From: an uncultured Planctomycetota bacterium
GTDB lineage: Bacteria; Planctomycetota; Planctomycetia; Isosphaerales; Isosphaeraceae
Length of the DNA: 64,000 bases
NCBI GenBank assembly: GCA_963737655.1
Contig: CAVTTN010000002.1
Coordinates: forward strand, 2,816,001 to 2,880,000
Direction of reading: 5' to 3'
Position numbers and translations under genes: made by a program. This document shows positions 1 to 11,127 of this stretch, piece by piece. Every line of letters starts with the position of its first letter. Positions within the stretch are counted from its first letter, which is position 1. The notes beneath the pieces are model-generated. The model was not told the DNA's origin and did no database searches. It worked only from the letters and a program-made list of their open reading frames with translations.

Positions 1-8
1 CGTCGGGC

Positions 9-941
9 ATGCCGCCGTCCCCCCCGTCGATGACGGCGACCGCCACTGAGGGGGAGGGCAACGGACGCCCCCGGCTCCGCGTCGGCGTGGTCTCGACGAC
101 CGGCAACGTCCGCGAGCATAACGAGGACAACTTCTACGTCCCCGGTCGGGCCTCGCTCAACAACACCCCGATCGTGACCACCGGAGGAACCGGTCGGAAG
201 GACGACAGCTTCTCCTCCGCCCGGACGGCCGAGTTCAGTGGCCCGGCCACCGCCGATTTCTCCGCGATGCCCAACGGCGCCCCGGAAAACCTCTTCATCG
301 TGGCCGACGGCATGGGCGGCCAGCTCGCCGGGGAGAAAGCCAGCCAGCTCGCCGTCGAGGTCATCCCGCTGGAGGTCGCCCGTCGGCTCCCCAAGGAGGC
401 GGACGACAAGGCCATCCAGCGGGCCCTGAGGGACGCCGTGGCCAAGGCCAATGAGGAAATCCTCGCCCTCTCGCACCTCGGCACCGAGTTCGCCAACATG
501 GGGACGACCGTCGTCCTCGCGCAGTTCCTGGAGGATCGCGCCTTCGTCGCCGGGATCGGCGATAGCCGGGCCTATCGGCTCCGGGGTGGCAAGCTCGATC
601 AGTTGACCCGGGACCACTCGCTGGCCAACGCCCTGGGCGAGGCCGGGACGATCCGGCCCGAGGAGGTCGAAACTCACAAGTTCAAGCATGTCCTGTACTT
701 GTACCTCGGAAGCAAGGACGCCCGCGACGGCCCAGAGGACGTCCGGGTGGTGGACGTGAAGCCGGGCGATCACTTCCTCCTGGCGTCCGATGGGTTGATG
801 GGCGTGGTCCGCGACGAGATGATCGCGGCCATCCTGGAAGAGCACGAGGACCCGCAGAACGCCGCCCAGGCCCTGGTCAACCGGGCCCTGGAGTTGCGGT
901 CGAAAGATAACATCACCGCCGTGGTGATCCAGGTCTGCTGA
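9..941 (+). CDS. PP2C-family Ser/Thr protein phosphatase
   Basis: Motifs GNVREHNED, VADGMGG, MGTT, GDSRAY, LASDGL, DNIT. Confidence 0.93.
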   Translation: MPPSPPSMTATATEGEGNGRPRLRVGVVSTTGNVREHNEDNFYVPGRASLNNTPIVTTGGTGRKDDSFSSARTAEFSGPATADFSAMPNGAPENLFIVADGMGGQLAGEKASQLAVEVIPLEVARRLPKEADDKAIQRALRDAVAKANEEILALSHLGTEFANMGTTVVLAQFLEDRAFVAGIGDSRAYRLRGGKLDQLTRDHSLANALGEAGTIRPEEVETHKFKHVLYLYLGSKDARDGPEDVRVVDVKPGDHFLLASDGLMGVVRDEMIAAILEEHEDPQNAAQALVNRALELRSKDNITAVVIQVC

Positions 942-994
942 TCGAGCCTCGGGGGATCGAGGGGGCGGGCCAGGGGCCCGGATCGGGGTCGGGC

Positions 995-2370
995 ATGGCC
1001 GGGCTTGACGACTTCGTGGCCGACGTCGCCCGCAGCGGCCTGGTCCCTCGGCCGAAGCTGGACGAGGCCCGGCTCCGGCTCGGCGACGTCCCGCCCGAGG
1101 AAGCCCCCAACAGGCTCGCCCAGCTCCTGATCGCCCAGGGGGCCTTGACGTCCTACCAGGCCCGCAAGGTCCTCGCCGGGGTCACCAAGGGCTTCTTCCT
1201 CGGCGAATACCGCATCCTCCGCCGGTTGGGACAGGGTGGGATGGGCAAGGTTTACCTCGCCCAGGACCCCCAGGGCTTCAAGGTCGCCATCAAGGTCCTC
1301 CCGCCGAACAAGTCGGGCGAGGGGACGCAAACGCTCAAGAGGTTCCGCCGCGAGATGGTCCTCTCACAGAGGGTCCGGCACCCCAACATCGCCCGGACCA
1401 TCGAGGTTGGCGAGGAGAAGGGCGTCTACTTCATGATCATGGAGTACGTCCCCGGCGATAGCCTCTACAACCTCATCAAGGGAGACAAAGGCGGCCCGTG
1501 GAGCGTCCCCGACGCCGCGCGGTACTTCCTCAAGGCGCTCGACGGCCTGAACGCCGCCCACGATGCCGGGCTGATCCACCGCGACATCAAACCCTCCAAC
1601 CTGATGGTCACGCCCGAGGGCGAGCCAAAAATCCTGGACCTCGGCCTGGCCCGGTCCTCGACCTCCGACGAGGATACCCCGCTGACCCGGCCCAATACCG
1701 TGATCGGCACCCTCGACTACGCCAGCCCCGAGCAGCTCTCCAACGCCTCCTCGGCCGACCGCCGGAGCGACCTCTATAGCCTGGGATGTACCCTGTACTT
1801 CACGCTCTCGGGCCGCCCCCCGTTCGAGGGAGGCGACGTCGTCAACAAGATTTACAAGCAGAGGATGGAAGATCCTCCCCCTTTGGAAAGAATTACCCGA
1901 GGGGTGCCGGCGGCATTCGCCGCGATCGTCAAGAAATTGATGGCGAAGGAACCGAACGATCGCTACCAGACCGGCGCGGAGCTCCAGGCGGACCTGGCCC
2001 GATGGGCCGACCCGAGGCTCGTGGATTCCTCGCTGGGAGCCGAGGCCGATTTCTCCCGATCGTTCCGGCCTCCGCCTCCCGAACTCGCCGAGGATGACTT
2101 ACGGCTCCTCCCCGACCCGAACCCGTCTCGGGACGCGGGTCTGCGCTTCGCGACCTGGGAGAGGCCGAACCCGGGGGGCCGCCGCGACGGTCCCTGCCCC
2201 CGGCGGCGAAGCCGGCCGTCCTGATCCCGGGGCCGTCCGCCCCGCCGCCCGATCCGCCGGTCGCCGGAGGGGGCCGGTCCGAGGATTCGTCGTGGCTGTT
2301 GCCGTTCATCGTGGTCGTCTGCCTGATCGGGGCGCTGGTCATCGTGCTCGCCTCGGCTCTCATGAGATGA
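995..2370 (+). CDS. Hanks-type Ser/Thr protein kinase with C-terminal TM helix (frameshift ~2130-2160)
   Basis: LGQGGMGKVY, HRDIKPSN, DLGLA, GTLDYASPE. Another frame carries a Pro-rich linker and hydrophobic tail WLLPFIVVVCLIGALVIVLASALMR* ending 2370. Confidence 0.88.
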
Positions 2371-2439
2371 GGCTTGGCCCGATCTTTGCACAAGGAGGGG
2401 GCATGCCCGGAAACGACGCCATTTCAGGGCGAAGACCCG

Positions 2440-2652
2440 ATGGATGCTAGACGAATGGCCCCTCTCGTAGGCAATGACGCCGAGAAAGCCCGCACGACGG
2501 CGAGGCTCACGGATGATGTGGTCGAAATCGGTCTCCTCCTCCCGGCCCACCGGGTCGAGGCCCTCCTCACCCTCTCGCGACAGACCCGGCAGAGCGTCGG
2601 TCAGATCCTCAGGGGCCTGATCGACCAGGCGATCCCGCTGGCCGACTGCTGA
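2440..2652 (+). CDS. Small hypothetical protein, possibly ribbon-helix-helix-like
   Basis: 70-aa ORF with VEIGLLLP...LLTLSRQTRQSVGQILRGLI pattern. Confidence 0.55.
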   Translation: MDARRMAPLVGNDAEKARTTARLTDDVVEIGLLLPAHRVEALLTLSRQTRQSVGQILRGLIDQAIPLADC

Positions 2653-3881
2653 CCGAGGTGACCTTCGTCGCGGATGGCTCAGGAGCCAGAACCTTGGGTG
2701 GGGCCTCCGCGACGGGGATGGGGCGGAATATCGCGAGAAACAGGGCCAGGGTCATCCCCGCGATCGACGAGGGGACCAGGAAGATCCAGCCCCACGAGCC
2801 GTTCAGGTCGTTCATGACCTCTCCGGCGAGGAGACCGCCGATCAGGGCCCCAGGCCCGAAGTCGTCATGACCCAGAGACTTTGCGCCCGGCGCGATGGTC
2901 CGGAGGGGCCTGCGCATCGACGAACATCGGCGCCGCCACGTGGAAGAACGCGATGGCAAGGCCGTTGATCGGGATGGTCAGCAAGGCCACGACCAGCCCC
3001 GGCCTCGTCGCGAACAGGGCGTGATAGAGGGCCCACGAAGCGATGCCAGCCGCCATCGTGCAGCGGCCTCCGAATCGCTTGAGGACGCGGGGCAAGGCAA
3101 TCAGTGCCACGATTTCGGGCAGTTGACCCAGGGTCATCGCCCAGGCGATTTGTCCCGGAGGCAGCTTGATCGACCGGAGGTAGGCGGGGACCGCTTGATA
3201 GACGAATGGGGTCGTCATGCTCACGCCGAACGCCGCCGCGAAGGCGACGGCCACGCCCGGTCGGCGAAGGAGGGCGCGGGCCTCGGCCAGACCGATCCTC
3301 TGGCCCATCGCGAGCGGCGGGGTGTCGGGCAGGCGGAGGCTGGTCAGGGCCATCATCAGCGAGAGGGCCGAGGCGATCCAGAACGCCTCGGGAATGCCCC
3401 GGGACGCCTCTCCTGGGCCGGTCGCCGCCAGGGTGGCCGAGACCAGCCATCCCGCGGCCATCCAACCGACGGTGCCCCAGAGCCGGACCGCGCCGAACTC
3501 CTCGGCCGGTCGCGATAAGTTCCTCATCGCCACGGTGTTGCACAGCCCCAGGTACGGGGCCACGATCAGCCAGTAGGCGAGGAACAGCGGGAAGAGGGTC
3601 GCGAACGACTTCACCATCCCCGATCCGGCGACCGCGAGCAATCCGGTGCCGACTCCGTAGATCAGCGCCAGGAGCTTCTGGGCGGAGACTTTTCGGTCGG
3701 CGACCTGGCCGGCCCAGGGCGGAGTGACGAGCGCGGCGACGGCCAGGGTCGCGAAGATCCCGCCCCGGCCTCGACCGGAGATCCCCAGGTCATCGAGATG
3801 GACGGCCAGGATCGGCCACCATGCACCCTGGACAGCATAGCCCAGGGCCATCATCAGGCCGAGACGCCCCTTGGTCCCCAA
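2609..3881 (-). CDS. MFS transporter, nucleoside:H+ symporter (NupG-like); two frameshifts ~2887 and ~2847
   Basis: Many TM helices; motifs GQVADR, FGAVRLWGTVGW, TLGQLPE. Adding one G in each of two G-runs restores the frame. Confidence 0.85.
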
Positions 3882-4002
3882 CGCCGCCTCCTGCCGTCGG
3901 GGACCAGCCCGCTCCGAGGTCGGCCTTTGACCTCTCGCGATCCGCGGTCAGCCATCCGCTCGCGCTCTGCGGACCGCCGAGGATGGACCGCTCCGAGCTC
4001 AA

Positions 4003-4323
4003 TCAGATGGGATACAGGTTCTTCAGCTCGGCGCGGGCCTTGGCGCTGCCCTTGGACGCCTTGATGAGCGGGAAAGTTTTCATCGTGCCATCGACTTCGA
4101 GCTTGAGGATGCCCGAGCGGATCACGGAGGTCGCCACGCGGACGTACCGGGTGGTGCCGTTGGGCAACCACACGTGAATCCTCTGGAGGTTTGGCTCGAA
4201 GGTTCGGCGGCTGATGCCGGTGGTCTTCTTGCCGACGCCTCCGAGGTACTTGGCCTTACCTCGGGTCGTGATGTGATTGCCGAACGACGTTTTCTTGCCG
4301 CTGACTTCGCACTTCTTGCCCAT
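4003..4323 (-). CDS. rpmB: 50S ribosomal protein L28 with C-terminal extension
   Basis: MGKKCEVSGKK..FGN..RGKAKYLGGVG..RRTFEPNLQ. Confidence 0.95.
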   Translation of the reverse strand: MGKKCEVSGKKTSFGNHITTRGKAKYLGGVGKKTTGISRRTFEPNLQRIHVWLPNGTTRYVRVATSVIRSGILKLEVDGTMKTFPLIKASKGSAKARAELKNLYPI

Positions 4324-4404
4324 CGCGGACCGTCCCTTCCCTCTGTCTGTCGGCCTGACTTGCGGTTTGAAGGCGATCGGCCGGACCGAGCCGGCCGGAT
4401 CACG

Positions 4405-4614
4405 TCACTTCTTCGGCTTCTCGGCCCCGGCCAGCGGGTTGTGCGGCTTGGACCTCTGGACGTTGCCGCATTCCTCGACCAGGTCGCAGACCTTGTGCGG
4501 AGGGATGGCGATCTTGCATTGCGGGCAGGTGTTCAATGCGGGCGCGACCAGAAAGTCGTGGCTCCGACGCATTCCCTGCCGAGAAGGAGACTTCCGCCGT
4601 TTCGGTACACCCAC
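4405..4614 (-). CDS. rpmF: 50S ribosomal protein L32
   Basis: MGVPKRRKSPSRQGMRRSH, CPQC, PHKVC. Confidence 0.95.
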   Translation of the reverse strand: MGVPKRRKSPSRQGMRRSHDFLVAPALNTCPQCKIAIPPHKVCDLVEECGNVQRSKPHNPLAGAEKPKK

Positions 4615-4713
4615 GACACACGCTCCCGCGACTCGCCGGACCTGGAGGCTGACGTCGAAAAGGTCTTAGCTTAGCGACGTCCGGCCCGGTCCCGCAAGGC
4701 CAGTCCTCGCCGA

Positions 4714-5430
4714 TCACGCATCCGGCCCACGCTCCAGGACGGCGAACAGGTCGCGAAGGGGAAGCGTGAAGCCCGGGAGGACGTCGCCGCCGTCCAGGGT
4801 GCCAGCTTCTCCAATCTCCACGAACCGCGACGGGGAGGTGTAGGCCCGAGCTTTTTTCTTCCGGCGGTCGATCGTCCAGACCAGGCGAGTCCCGGCATCG
4901 AAATACTCCCGGAGCTTGCGGCGGATCTCGGCCGGAGTGTTGCTCCGGCTGAGGACCTCGATGGCGAGATCGGGAGTGAGCAAAGGGACGGATTCCTGGG
5001 GAGCATTCGCCGATGGCAGCCGCGCCCAGGAGACGAACGAGACGTCGGGGATGCGGAGGAGGCCGGTGATCAATCGCAGCGTTCCATCGGGGCCGGCGAC
5101 GAGCCCGAGCTTGTTCGTCTTCAGGAAGTTCCCGAGGATCCGGATCAATTCGGCGGTCAGGACGGCCTCCTCGTAGCCCATTGCCTTCTCCACCAGGACC
5201 CCGTCGATGATCTCACAGGATCGGTTCTCGCGGTCCAGGACGCTCAGGACGTCCGCCTCGGTGGCGGTCCCCGGCGGGGGGGAGAGGCGGACCCGAGACG
5301 CGGGGATTCCTCCGAGCGATCTGAGCAGGTCGGCCACGGTCGTCGGTGGCGAGGGGACAGGGGCCGGCGTTTTGGATCGGGCGGGGGCCGGCGATGGGGG
5401 CCTTGGCATGGTGGGCGGTCCTTCGGGCAT
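4714..5430 (-). CDS. Uma2-family (DUF820) PD-(D/E)xK-like endonuclease
   Basis: EIIDGVLVEK, RIPDVSF, PDLAIEVLSRSN, KLREYFDAGTRLVW. Confidence 0.92.
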   Translation of the reverse strand: MPEGPPTMPRPPSPAPARSKTPAPVPSPPTTVADLLRSLGGIPASRVRLSPPPGTATEADVLSVLDRENRSCEIIDGVLVEKAMGYEEAVLTAELIRILGNFLKTNKLGLVAGPDGTLRLITGLLRIPDVSFVSWARLPSANAPQESVPLLTPDLAIEVLSRSNTPAEIRRKLREYFDAGTRLVWTIDRRKKKARAYTSPSRFVEIGEAGTLDGGDVLPGFTLPLRDLFAVLERGPDA

Positions 5431-5573
5431 GGGGCGTCCTTCGGATTCTCCGATCCGAACCGACTTGCGGCAAGGTCGGCGGCGACTCCCGGCCGAGGGA
5501 TCGGTTACAATCTCTTCCTATCGACCGTCGGCGACGATCGCCGCGATCCTCGTGGGTGAAGGGTTCCGGTCTC

Positions 5574-6428
5574 ATGGCGAGCGAATCGATGGATGCCGAG
5601 AGCGGCTCGAGGTGGGGATTCGTCGGGGCCGGCAAGATGGCGATGGCCTTGATCCAGGGGATGATCCGCTCGGGCATCGCCCCTTCCGGCTCGATCCTGG
5701 CGTTCGATCCCGTTCCGATGGCCGTCGAGGCGGCTCGGGCGGCCGGGGTGCGGGTCGTGTCGTCGAATCGCGAGGTCGCCGAGGGGGCCGATGTGCTGGT
5801 CCTGGCCGTGAAGCCTCAGGCGATGCCGGGCGTCCTGGCGGAGCTCCAGCCGGCGGTCTCGACGGATCATCTGGTGATCTCGGTGGCGGCCGGGGTGCCG
5901 TTGGCGACGCTCTCGGCCGGGCTCGGCCCGGAGCCGAGGTTGGCCCGGGTCATGCCGAACACTCCGGCGCTGGTGGGCGAGGGGGCCGCGGGGTTCTGCC
6001 TGGGGGCGAATGCCTCGGCGGAGGACGAGGCGCTGGTCCGCTCGTGCCTGACCGCCGTGGGCCGGGCCTTTCGCGTCCCCGAGTCGCTCCTGGACGCCGT
6101 CACGGGCCTTTCGGGCAGCGGCCCGGCGTTTGTTTACGTGATGATCGAGGCGATGTCCGATGGCGGGGTCCGCGCCGGGCTGGCTCGCGACGTGGCCACC
6201 GCCCTGGCGGCCCAGACCGTCCTGGGCGCCGCCAAGATGGTCCTGGAGACGGGCCTCCATCCGGGCGTCCTGAAGGATCAGGTCACGAGTCCCGGAGGGA
6301 CGACGATCGCCGGGATTCACGCCCTGGAACGCGGCGGATTTCGGGCCTCCGTGATCGACGCCGTGGACGCCGCGGCGAAACGGTCGGCCGAGCTCGCCGA
6401 GATCGCCTCGCGGACCACCTGGAATTGA
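5574..6428 (+). CDS. proC: Pyrroline-5-carboxylate reductase
   Basis: GFVGAGKM, LAVKPQ, RVMPNTP, GLSGSGPAF, VTSPGGTT. Confidence 0.96.
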   Translation: MASESMDAESGSRWGFVGAGKMAMALIQGMIRSGIAPSGSILAFDPVPMAVEAARAAGVRVVSSNREVAEGADVLVLAVKPQAMPGVLAELQPAVSTDHLVISVAAGVPLATLSAGLGPEPRLARVMPNTPALVGEGAAGFCLGANASAEDEALVRSCLTAVGRAFRVPESLLDAVTGLSGSGPAFVYVMIEAMSDGGVRAGLARDVATALAAQTVLGAAKMVLETGLHPGVLKDQVTSPGGTTIAGIHALERGGFRASVIDAVDAAAKRSAELAEIASRTTWN

Positions 6429-6457
6429 CGACCGAGGAAGGCGGACGCGATCGACCC

Positions 6458-7077
6458 ATGAAAATCGGGCTGATTTCCGACATCCACGGCGATCCCCTCT
6501 CCCTGGAACTGGCCTGGTCCCACCTGAAGGTCCTCGGGGCGGACCAGATCCTCTGCGCCGGCGACGCCGTGGGTTATGGCCCTCATCCCGACCCGGTCGC
6601 GAAATTCCTCGTCGGCCGGAAGATCGCGGCGGTCCGGGGCAACCACGACCGCTGGGCCATCGAGCGCGGGCCGGACGCGGGAGACGAGTTCGGCGGAGGC
6701 CGTCCTTCGAGCGCGACCATCGAATACCTCCGCTCCCTGCCGGCCAATCGGGTGATCGACGCCGAAGGAAAGATCGTCGTGGTGGTCCACGGCTCCCCTC
6801 GGAGCGACATGGAATACGTCCTGAGGGCGACCCACGGGCCGAGGTCCTCGACGCCCTCCTCGCCGAGATCGGGGCCGACGTCCTCGTCGTCGGCCACACC
6901 CACGCGCCGATGGTCCATCGCGGCGATCGCGGGATCGTCGTCAATCCGGGTTCGACGCTCTCGTTACCCGTCGTCCGGACCTCGCGGACCTTCGCCCTGC
7001 TCGACACGACGACGATGACCGTGACGTTCCACGACGTCGAGACCGCCAGGCCGCTGGAAGTCCCCCGCTGGGCCTGA
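6458..7077 (+). CDS. Calcineurin-like metallophosphoesterase (YfcE-type; frameshift ~6840)
   Basis: SDIHG, GDAVGYGP, GNHD, HGSP; GHTH and NPGS lie in the shifted frame. Confidence 0.88.
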
Positions 7078-7104
7078 ACCCCGTTTTCTTGAGGATTTTC
7101 GCCC

Positions 7105-8654
7105 GTGACGCCCGATCGCCCCGTCCTCGTCTTCGATTTCGGCGGCCAGTACGTCCAGCTCATCGCCCGGAGGGTCCGCGAAAAAGGGGCGTTCGCGGCG
7201 ATCGTCCGCCACGACCTTCCGATCGGCCGCATCCGCGAGCTCGACCCCCTGGGAATCATCCTCTCGGGGGGGCCTTCGAGCGTCTATGACCCCGGCGCGC
7301 CGAAGCCCGATCCGGGAATCTACGACCTCGGCGTGCCGATCCTGGGCATCTGCTACGGGATGCAACTGGTCTGCCAGGCGATCGGGGGAAAAGTCGAGCC
7401 GGCGCCGGCCCGCGAGTTCGGCCGGGCGGAGTGCCGGGTCCTGGACGCCGGTTCGGACCTGATGCAGGGCGTCCCCGAGTCCACGATCGTCTGGATGAGC
7501 CACGGCGACCAGGTCCACGACGCCGGCCCCGAGTTCCTCGGCCTGGCCGCCACGGCCACCTGCCCGATCGCCGCCGTGAGGCACCGCGACCGACCCGTCT
7601 TCGGCCTGCAGTTCCATCCCGAAGTGGCCCATACCCCTTCCGGCCCGACGATCCTCGGCAACTTCCTCGAATTCGCCTGCCGGAGTCCCGGCTCCTGGAC
7701 GATGGAGCGGTTCCTCGATCGCGCGGTGGAGGACGTTCTCGCGAAGGTCGGCGACGACGAACGGGTCGTCTGCGGGGTCTCCGGAGGGGTCGATTCGGCC
7801 GTGGTCGCGGCCTTGCTCGCCCGGGCCCTGGGAAATCGCGTCGTCTGCATCTTCGTCGATAACGGATTGCTCCGGGCTGGCGAGAGGCTCGCCGTCGAGG
7901 AGGCGTTCGGCCGCCATTCCGACGCCGACCTTCGCGTGATCGACGCTTCCGAACGGTTCCTCTCGGCCCTGAAGGGCGTGACCGACCCTCAGGAGAAGCG
8001 AGTCAAGATCGGCCACACGTTCATTGATGTCTTCCGAGAGGAAGCGAAGTCGATCCCCAACGCCCGGTTCCTCGCCCAGGGGACGCTTTATCCCGACGTG
8101 ATCGAGAGCGGGGGCACCGCCGACGGCCCCGCGGCGACGATCAAGCATCACCACAACGTCGGCGGCCTCCCCGCCGAGCTGGGCTTCGAGCTGATCGAGC
8201 CCTGCGCGATCTGTTCAAGGATGAGGTCCGTCGGCTCGGCCTCGAACTCGGCCTGCCCGAGGACCTCGTATATCGCCACCCCTTCCCCGGGCCGGGGCTG
8301 GCCGTCCGCTGCCTGGGAGAAGTGACCCGAGAGAAGCTGGACGTCCTCCGCCAGGCCGATACGATCTTCCTCGAAGAACTGCGCTCCGAAGGGCTCGAAC
8401 GGCGGATCGGCCAGGCGTTCGCGGTGCTCCTGCCGGTGCAGTCGGTGGGCGTCATGGGCGACGGGCGAACCTATGAAAACGCCGTGGCACTTCGCGCCGT
8501 CGAGACCGACGATTTCATGACGGCCGACTGGTCGCGAATCCCCCACGACGTCCTCGCCCGCGCCTCGACGAGGATCATCAACAGCGTGAAGGGGATCAAC
8601 CGGGTCGTCTACGACATCACGAGCAAGCCCCCCGGGACGATCGAGTGGGAGTAG
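7105..8654 (+). CDS. guaA: GMP synthase (glutamine-hydrolysing); frameshift ~8200
   Basis: [36 protein letters not shown]-terminus [14 protein letters not shown]. Confidence 0.96.
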
Positions 8655-8740
8655 CACCTTCCCGATGAACGGGCGTCGCGGATCGGCGATTCTGAGATCG
8701 ATTTGAAGCCTCGTGCCGATGGTGTGGGAGGAGGTCGCCC

Positions 8741-9040
8741 ATGACCCCGCTCGATATGGATTCCCTCCAGTCCGTGCCGCCGGACCTCATCGATGCCGTG
8801 CTCGACCTAAGCCCCGGGCCGAGGCAGGCCCTGGCGCGCCTCCTGTACGAAAGTTTGAGCGATCCGGGGACTCCCCCGTACCCCGGCTGGCCCGGCGACT
8901 GGGAAGAGGAACTCGAACGGCGTTGCGACGAGGCAGATCGAGGGGAAACGATCTCGGAAGAGGAGGCTCTGGGCACGCATCCGCCGGCCCTCGCATCGAC
9001 GGTCGGAGGAGTCCGACAAGTCCGGGCCGTCCGTCGGATG
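8741..9040 (+). CDS. Putative addiction-module antitoxin (3' end uncertain)
   Basis: LDLSPGPRQALARLLYESL ... WEEELERRCDEADRGE pattern; lies directly upstream of a ParE/RelE-like gene. Confidence 0.7.
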
Positions 9041-9353
9041 AGCGTCAGGTTCACGGAGACCGCGGCCGACGAGCTCGAGCGCGTTGTTGACTCCTAGAGG
9101 CGGAGGGCGAGCGAGTCGCCCAACGCTTCCAGGACGGCCTGGCGAGTGCACTCACCTTCCTTCGGGACCACCCCAGGGCGTTTCCTCGGGTCGGCAAGTC
9201 CACTCGGAAGAGGGAGCATCGCCGAATCACCGTCGACCGTTTCCCCTGGTCCCTGATCTATCGGGTCCGCGGCGAGGATGTCGTCGTCATCGCGCTCTGG
9301 AACCATCACAGCCGGGGCGAGGACTGGTCGAAGCGGGAAGGTCGAAGGATTGA
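9038..9353 (+). CDS. ParE/RelE-family toxin (frameshift ~9093; 3' end uncertain)
   Basis: MSVRFTETAADELE..., then after a 1-nt shift AQRFQDGLASALTFLRDHPRAFP...RRITVDRFPWSLIYRVRGEDVVVIALW. Confidence 0.75.
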
Positions 9354-9390
9354 GGAATTCACTCGCCATCGTCAAACGGAAGCGGACCTC

Positions 9391-9941
9391 ATGGCCGGAG
9401 CGACGATCCGAATCTCGACCGGCCCGATCCCCAAGCCGATCTCCATGAAGAGGCGCGGTTCGTCGGGGAGTTCCTTCGGGAAGCCGGCTCCCGGGTCCTC
9501 ACCGTCTGCTGTGCCTTCGGGGTCGACGTCGATCACCCCCTCTTCGCCCGGAACGTGTCGATCCCGGTGGAGGAGCTGCCGTCCTACCTGCTGCGTCATG
9601 AGGAGGCCGGGACGTTCCAGCTCGGCTGGACGAACATTACCGTGTCGGGCGACAATGGCGGCCCTTCGTTCCTCTTCGGCAACGATGACGACCTCGTCTG
9701 CGAGGGCGAGGACTCACCGTCGATGCAGGCCATCTTCCGGCGATGGGGGAGCCGCCTCGAGCACGTCCACCTTCAAAGAATCCCGGGTCGGGGGTCGGCC
9801 CGAGGATCGGCTCGACGAGGTTCGGCCCCGAGCGGTTTCGCCTACTCGTCCGCGAAGAGTATCCCGAGGCTGACCGGCCCCTCGGGATGTGATAGGCTGG
9901 CGCGTCGGCCCTCGGGATCGGCGAGATTCCTGCCCCGGTGA
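9391..9941 (+). CDS. Hypothetical protein (start probably frameshifted)
   Basis: The frame of ORF 9555-9941 stays open back to ~9393 with a globular-looking sequence (ADLHEEARFVGEFLRE...GTFQLGW...). Confidence 0.5.
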
Positions 9942-9981
9942 GGCCCTGGCGCGTCGTCCGCCCCTTCGGAGGAATGGTCCC

Positions 9982-11127
9982 ATGCTCCGTCCTCTCGCCC
10001 TCGCGGCCGGGGTCGTCCTGATCCTGGCCTCCGCCCCGGTCGTCTCCGCCGACACCCGGACCGTCGCCCGGTGCGGGGCTGGCTTCCTGGAGGAGGTGGA
10101 CGGCTATCGCGTCCTCCATGTGAAGGGGTCTCCCTACGACATGGGCTTCCAGCAGGGGACGCTGCTCAAGGACGATATCCGCGAGCTCGTCCGCTTCCTG
10201 TTCGACGAGAAGGCGAAGGAGCTCAAGATCGACGTCGCCGGTCTGAAGCTCCGGCCCGACCCCAAGACCCTGATCGCCTCGATCGCCCAGGGGCAGAAGA
10301 AGTATGTGCCGGAGCGATTCTTCGAGGAGCTTCGGGGCGTCGCCGACGGCGCGGGGATGACCGTCGAGGAGGTCACCGTGGCGAACTTCATCCCCGAGAT
10401 GTTCCACTGCTCGGGATTCGCCCTCTCGGGATCGGCCACGAAGGACGGCACGCTCTATCACGGCCGAATCCTGGATTACGGATGCGATTGGAGGCTCCAG
10501 GACCACGCCGTTTTGACGATCGCCGAGCCCGACGGCAAGATCCCGTTCTGCAACGTGACCTATGCCGGCTTCATCGGCAGCGTCACGGGGATGAACGCCG
10601 AGAAGGTCTCGATCGGCGAGATGGGGGGCCGGGGACTCGGCCACTGGGCGGGCATCCCGATGGCGTTCCTCGTGAGGATGGCCCTGGAAGAGGCCCATGA
10701 CCTCGACGAGGCCATCGCCGTCTTTCGCGATCATCCCCGGACGTGCGAATATTATTACGTGATCGCCGACGGCGACACCGGCCAGGCCGTGGGGATGGAA
10801 GCCTGCTGGGACCGCTTCAACCTCATCAAGATGGGCGAGTCGCACCCTCGCCTCCCTCATGGGGTCAAGGACACCGTATTGCTCTCCGCCGGAGACCGTT
10901 ACGAGGAGCTGGCCAGGCGGGTCCAGGCGGGGATCGGCCGGTTCGACGCCGATTCGGCCCGGGAGCTCATGAGCCGGCCGGTGGCGATGAAGTCGAATCT
11001 CCACAGCGTCCTGTTCGAGACTAAATCGACGAGGCTCTGGATCGCAAACGCCTCGAAGGACGGCCAACCGGCCTCGTCCCAGCCCTATCACGCCTTCCAG
11101 TTCACCGAGCTGCTGAAGCACAAGTAA
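9982..11127 (+). CDS. Secreted Ntn-hydrolase, peptidase C45 / acyl-CoA:6-APA acyltransferase-like
   Basis: Signal peptide; GSPYDMGFQQG; autoprocessing HC-SGFA; HGRILDY; GMN. Confidence 0.85.
   Translation: MLRPLALAAGVVLILASAPVVSADTRTVARCGAGFLEEVDGYRVLHVKGSPYDMGFQQGTLLKDDIRELVRFLFDEKAKELKIDVAGLKLRPDPKTLIASIAQGQKKYVPERFFEELRGVADGAGMTVEEVTVANFIPEMFHCSGFALSGSATKDGTLYHGRILDYGCDWRLQDHAVLTIAEPDGKIPFCNVTYAGFIGSVTGMNAEKVSIGEMGGRGLGHWAGIPMAFLVRMALEEAHDLDEAIAVFRDHPRTCEYYYVIADGDTGQAVGMEACWDRFNLIKMGESHPRLPHGVKDTVLLSAGDRYEELARRVQAGIGRFDADSARELMSRPVAMKSNLHSVLFETKSTRLWIANASKDGQPASSQPYHAFQFTELLKHK

Noticed and set aside
4714..5430. Uma2 nuclease as a defence system
   Set aside because: Uma2/DUF820 genes are a large paralogous family in planctomycetes, and there is no partner gene here.
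5207..7018. 603-aa ORF as a single gene
   Set aside because: The N-terminal two-thirds is an off-frame overlap of proC; the real gene starts at 6458.
7105..8654. guaA (and rseP, hemY, treS, glgX) as true pseudogenes or programmed frameshifts
   Set aside because: The breaks are scattered single-base indels with no recognisable slippery signals and no other decay; assembly error is the simpler explanation.
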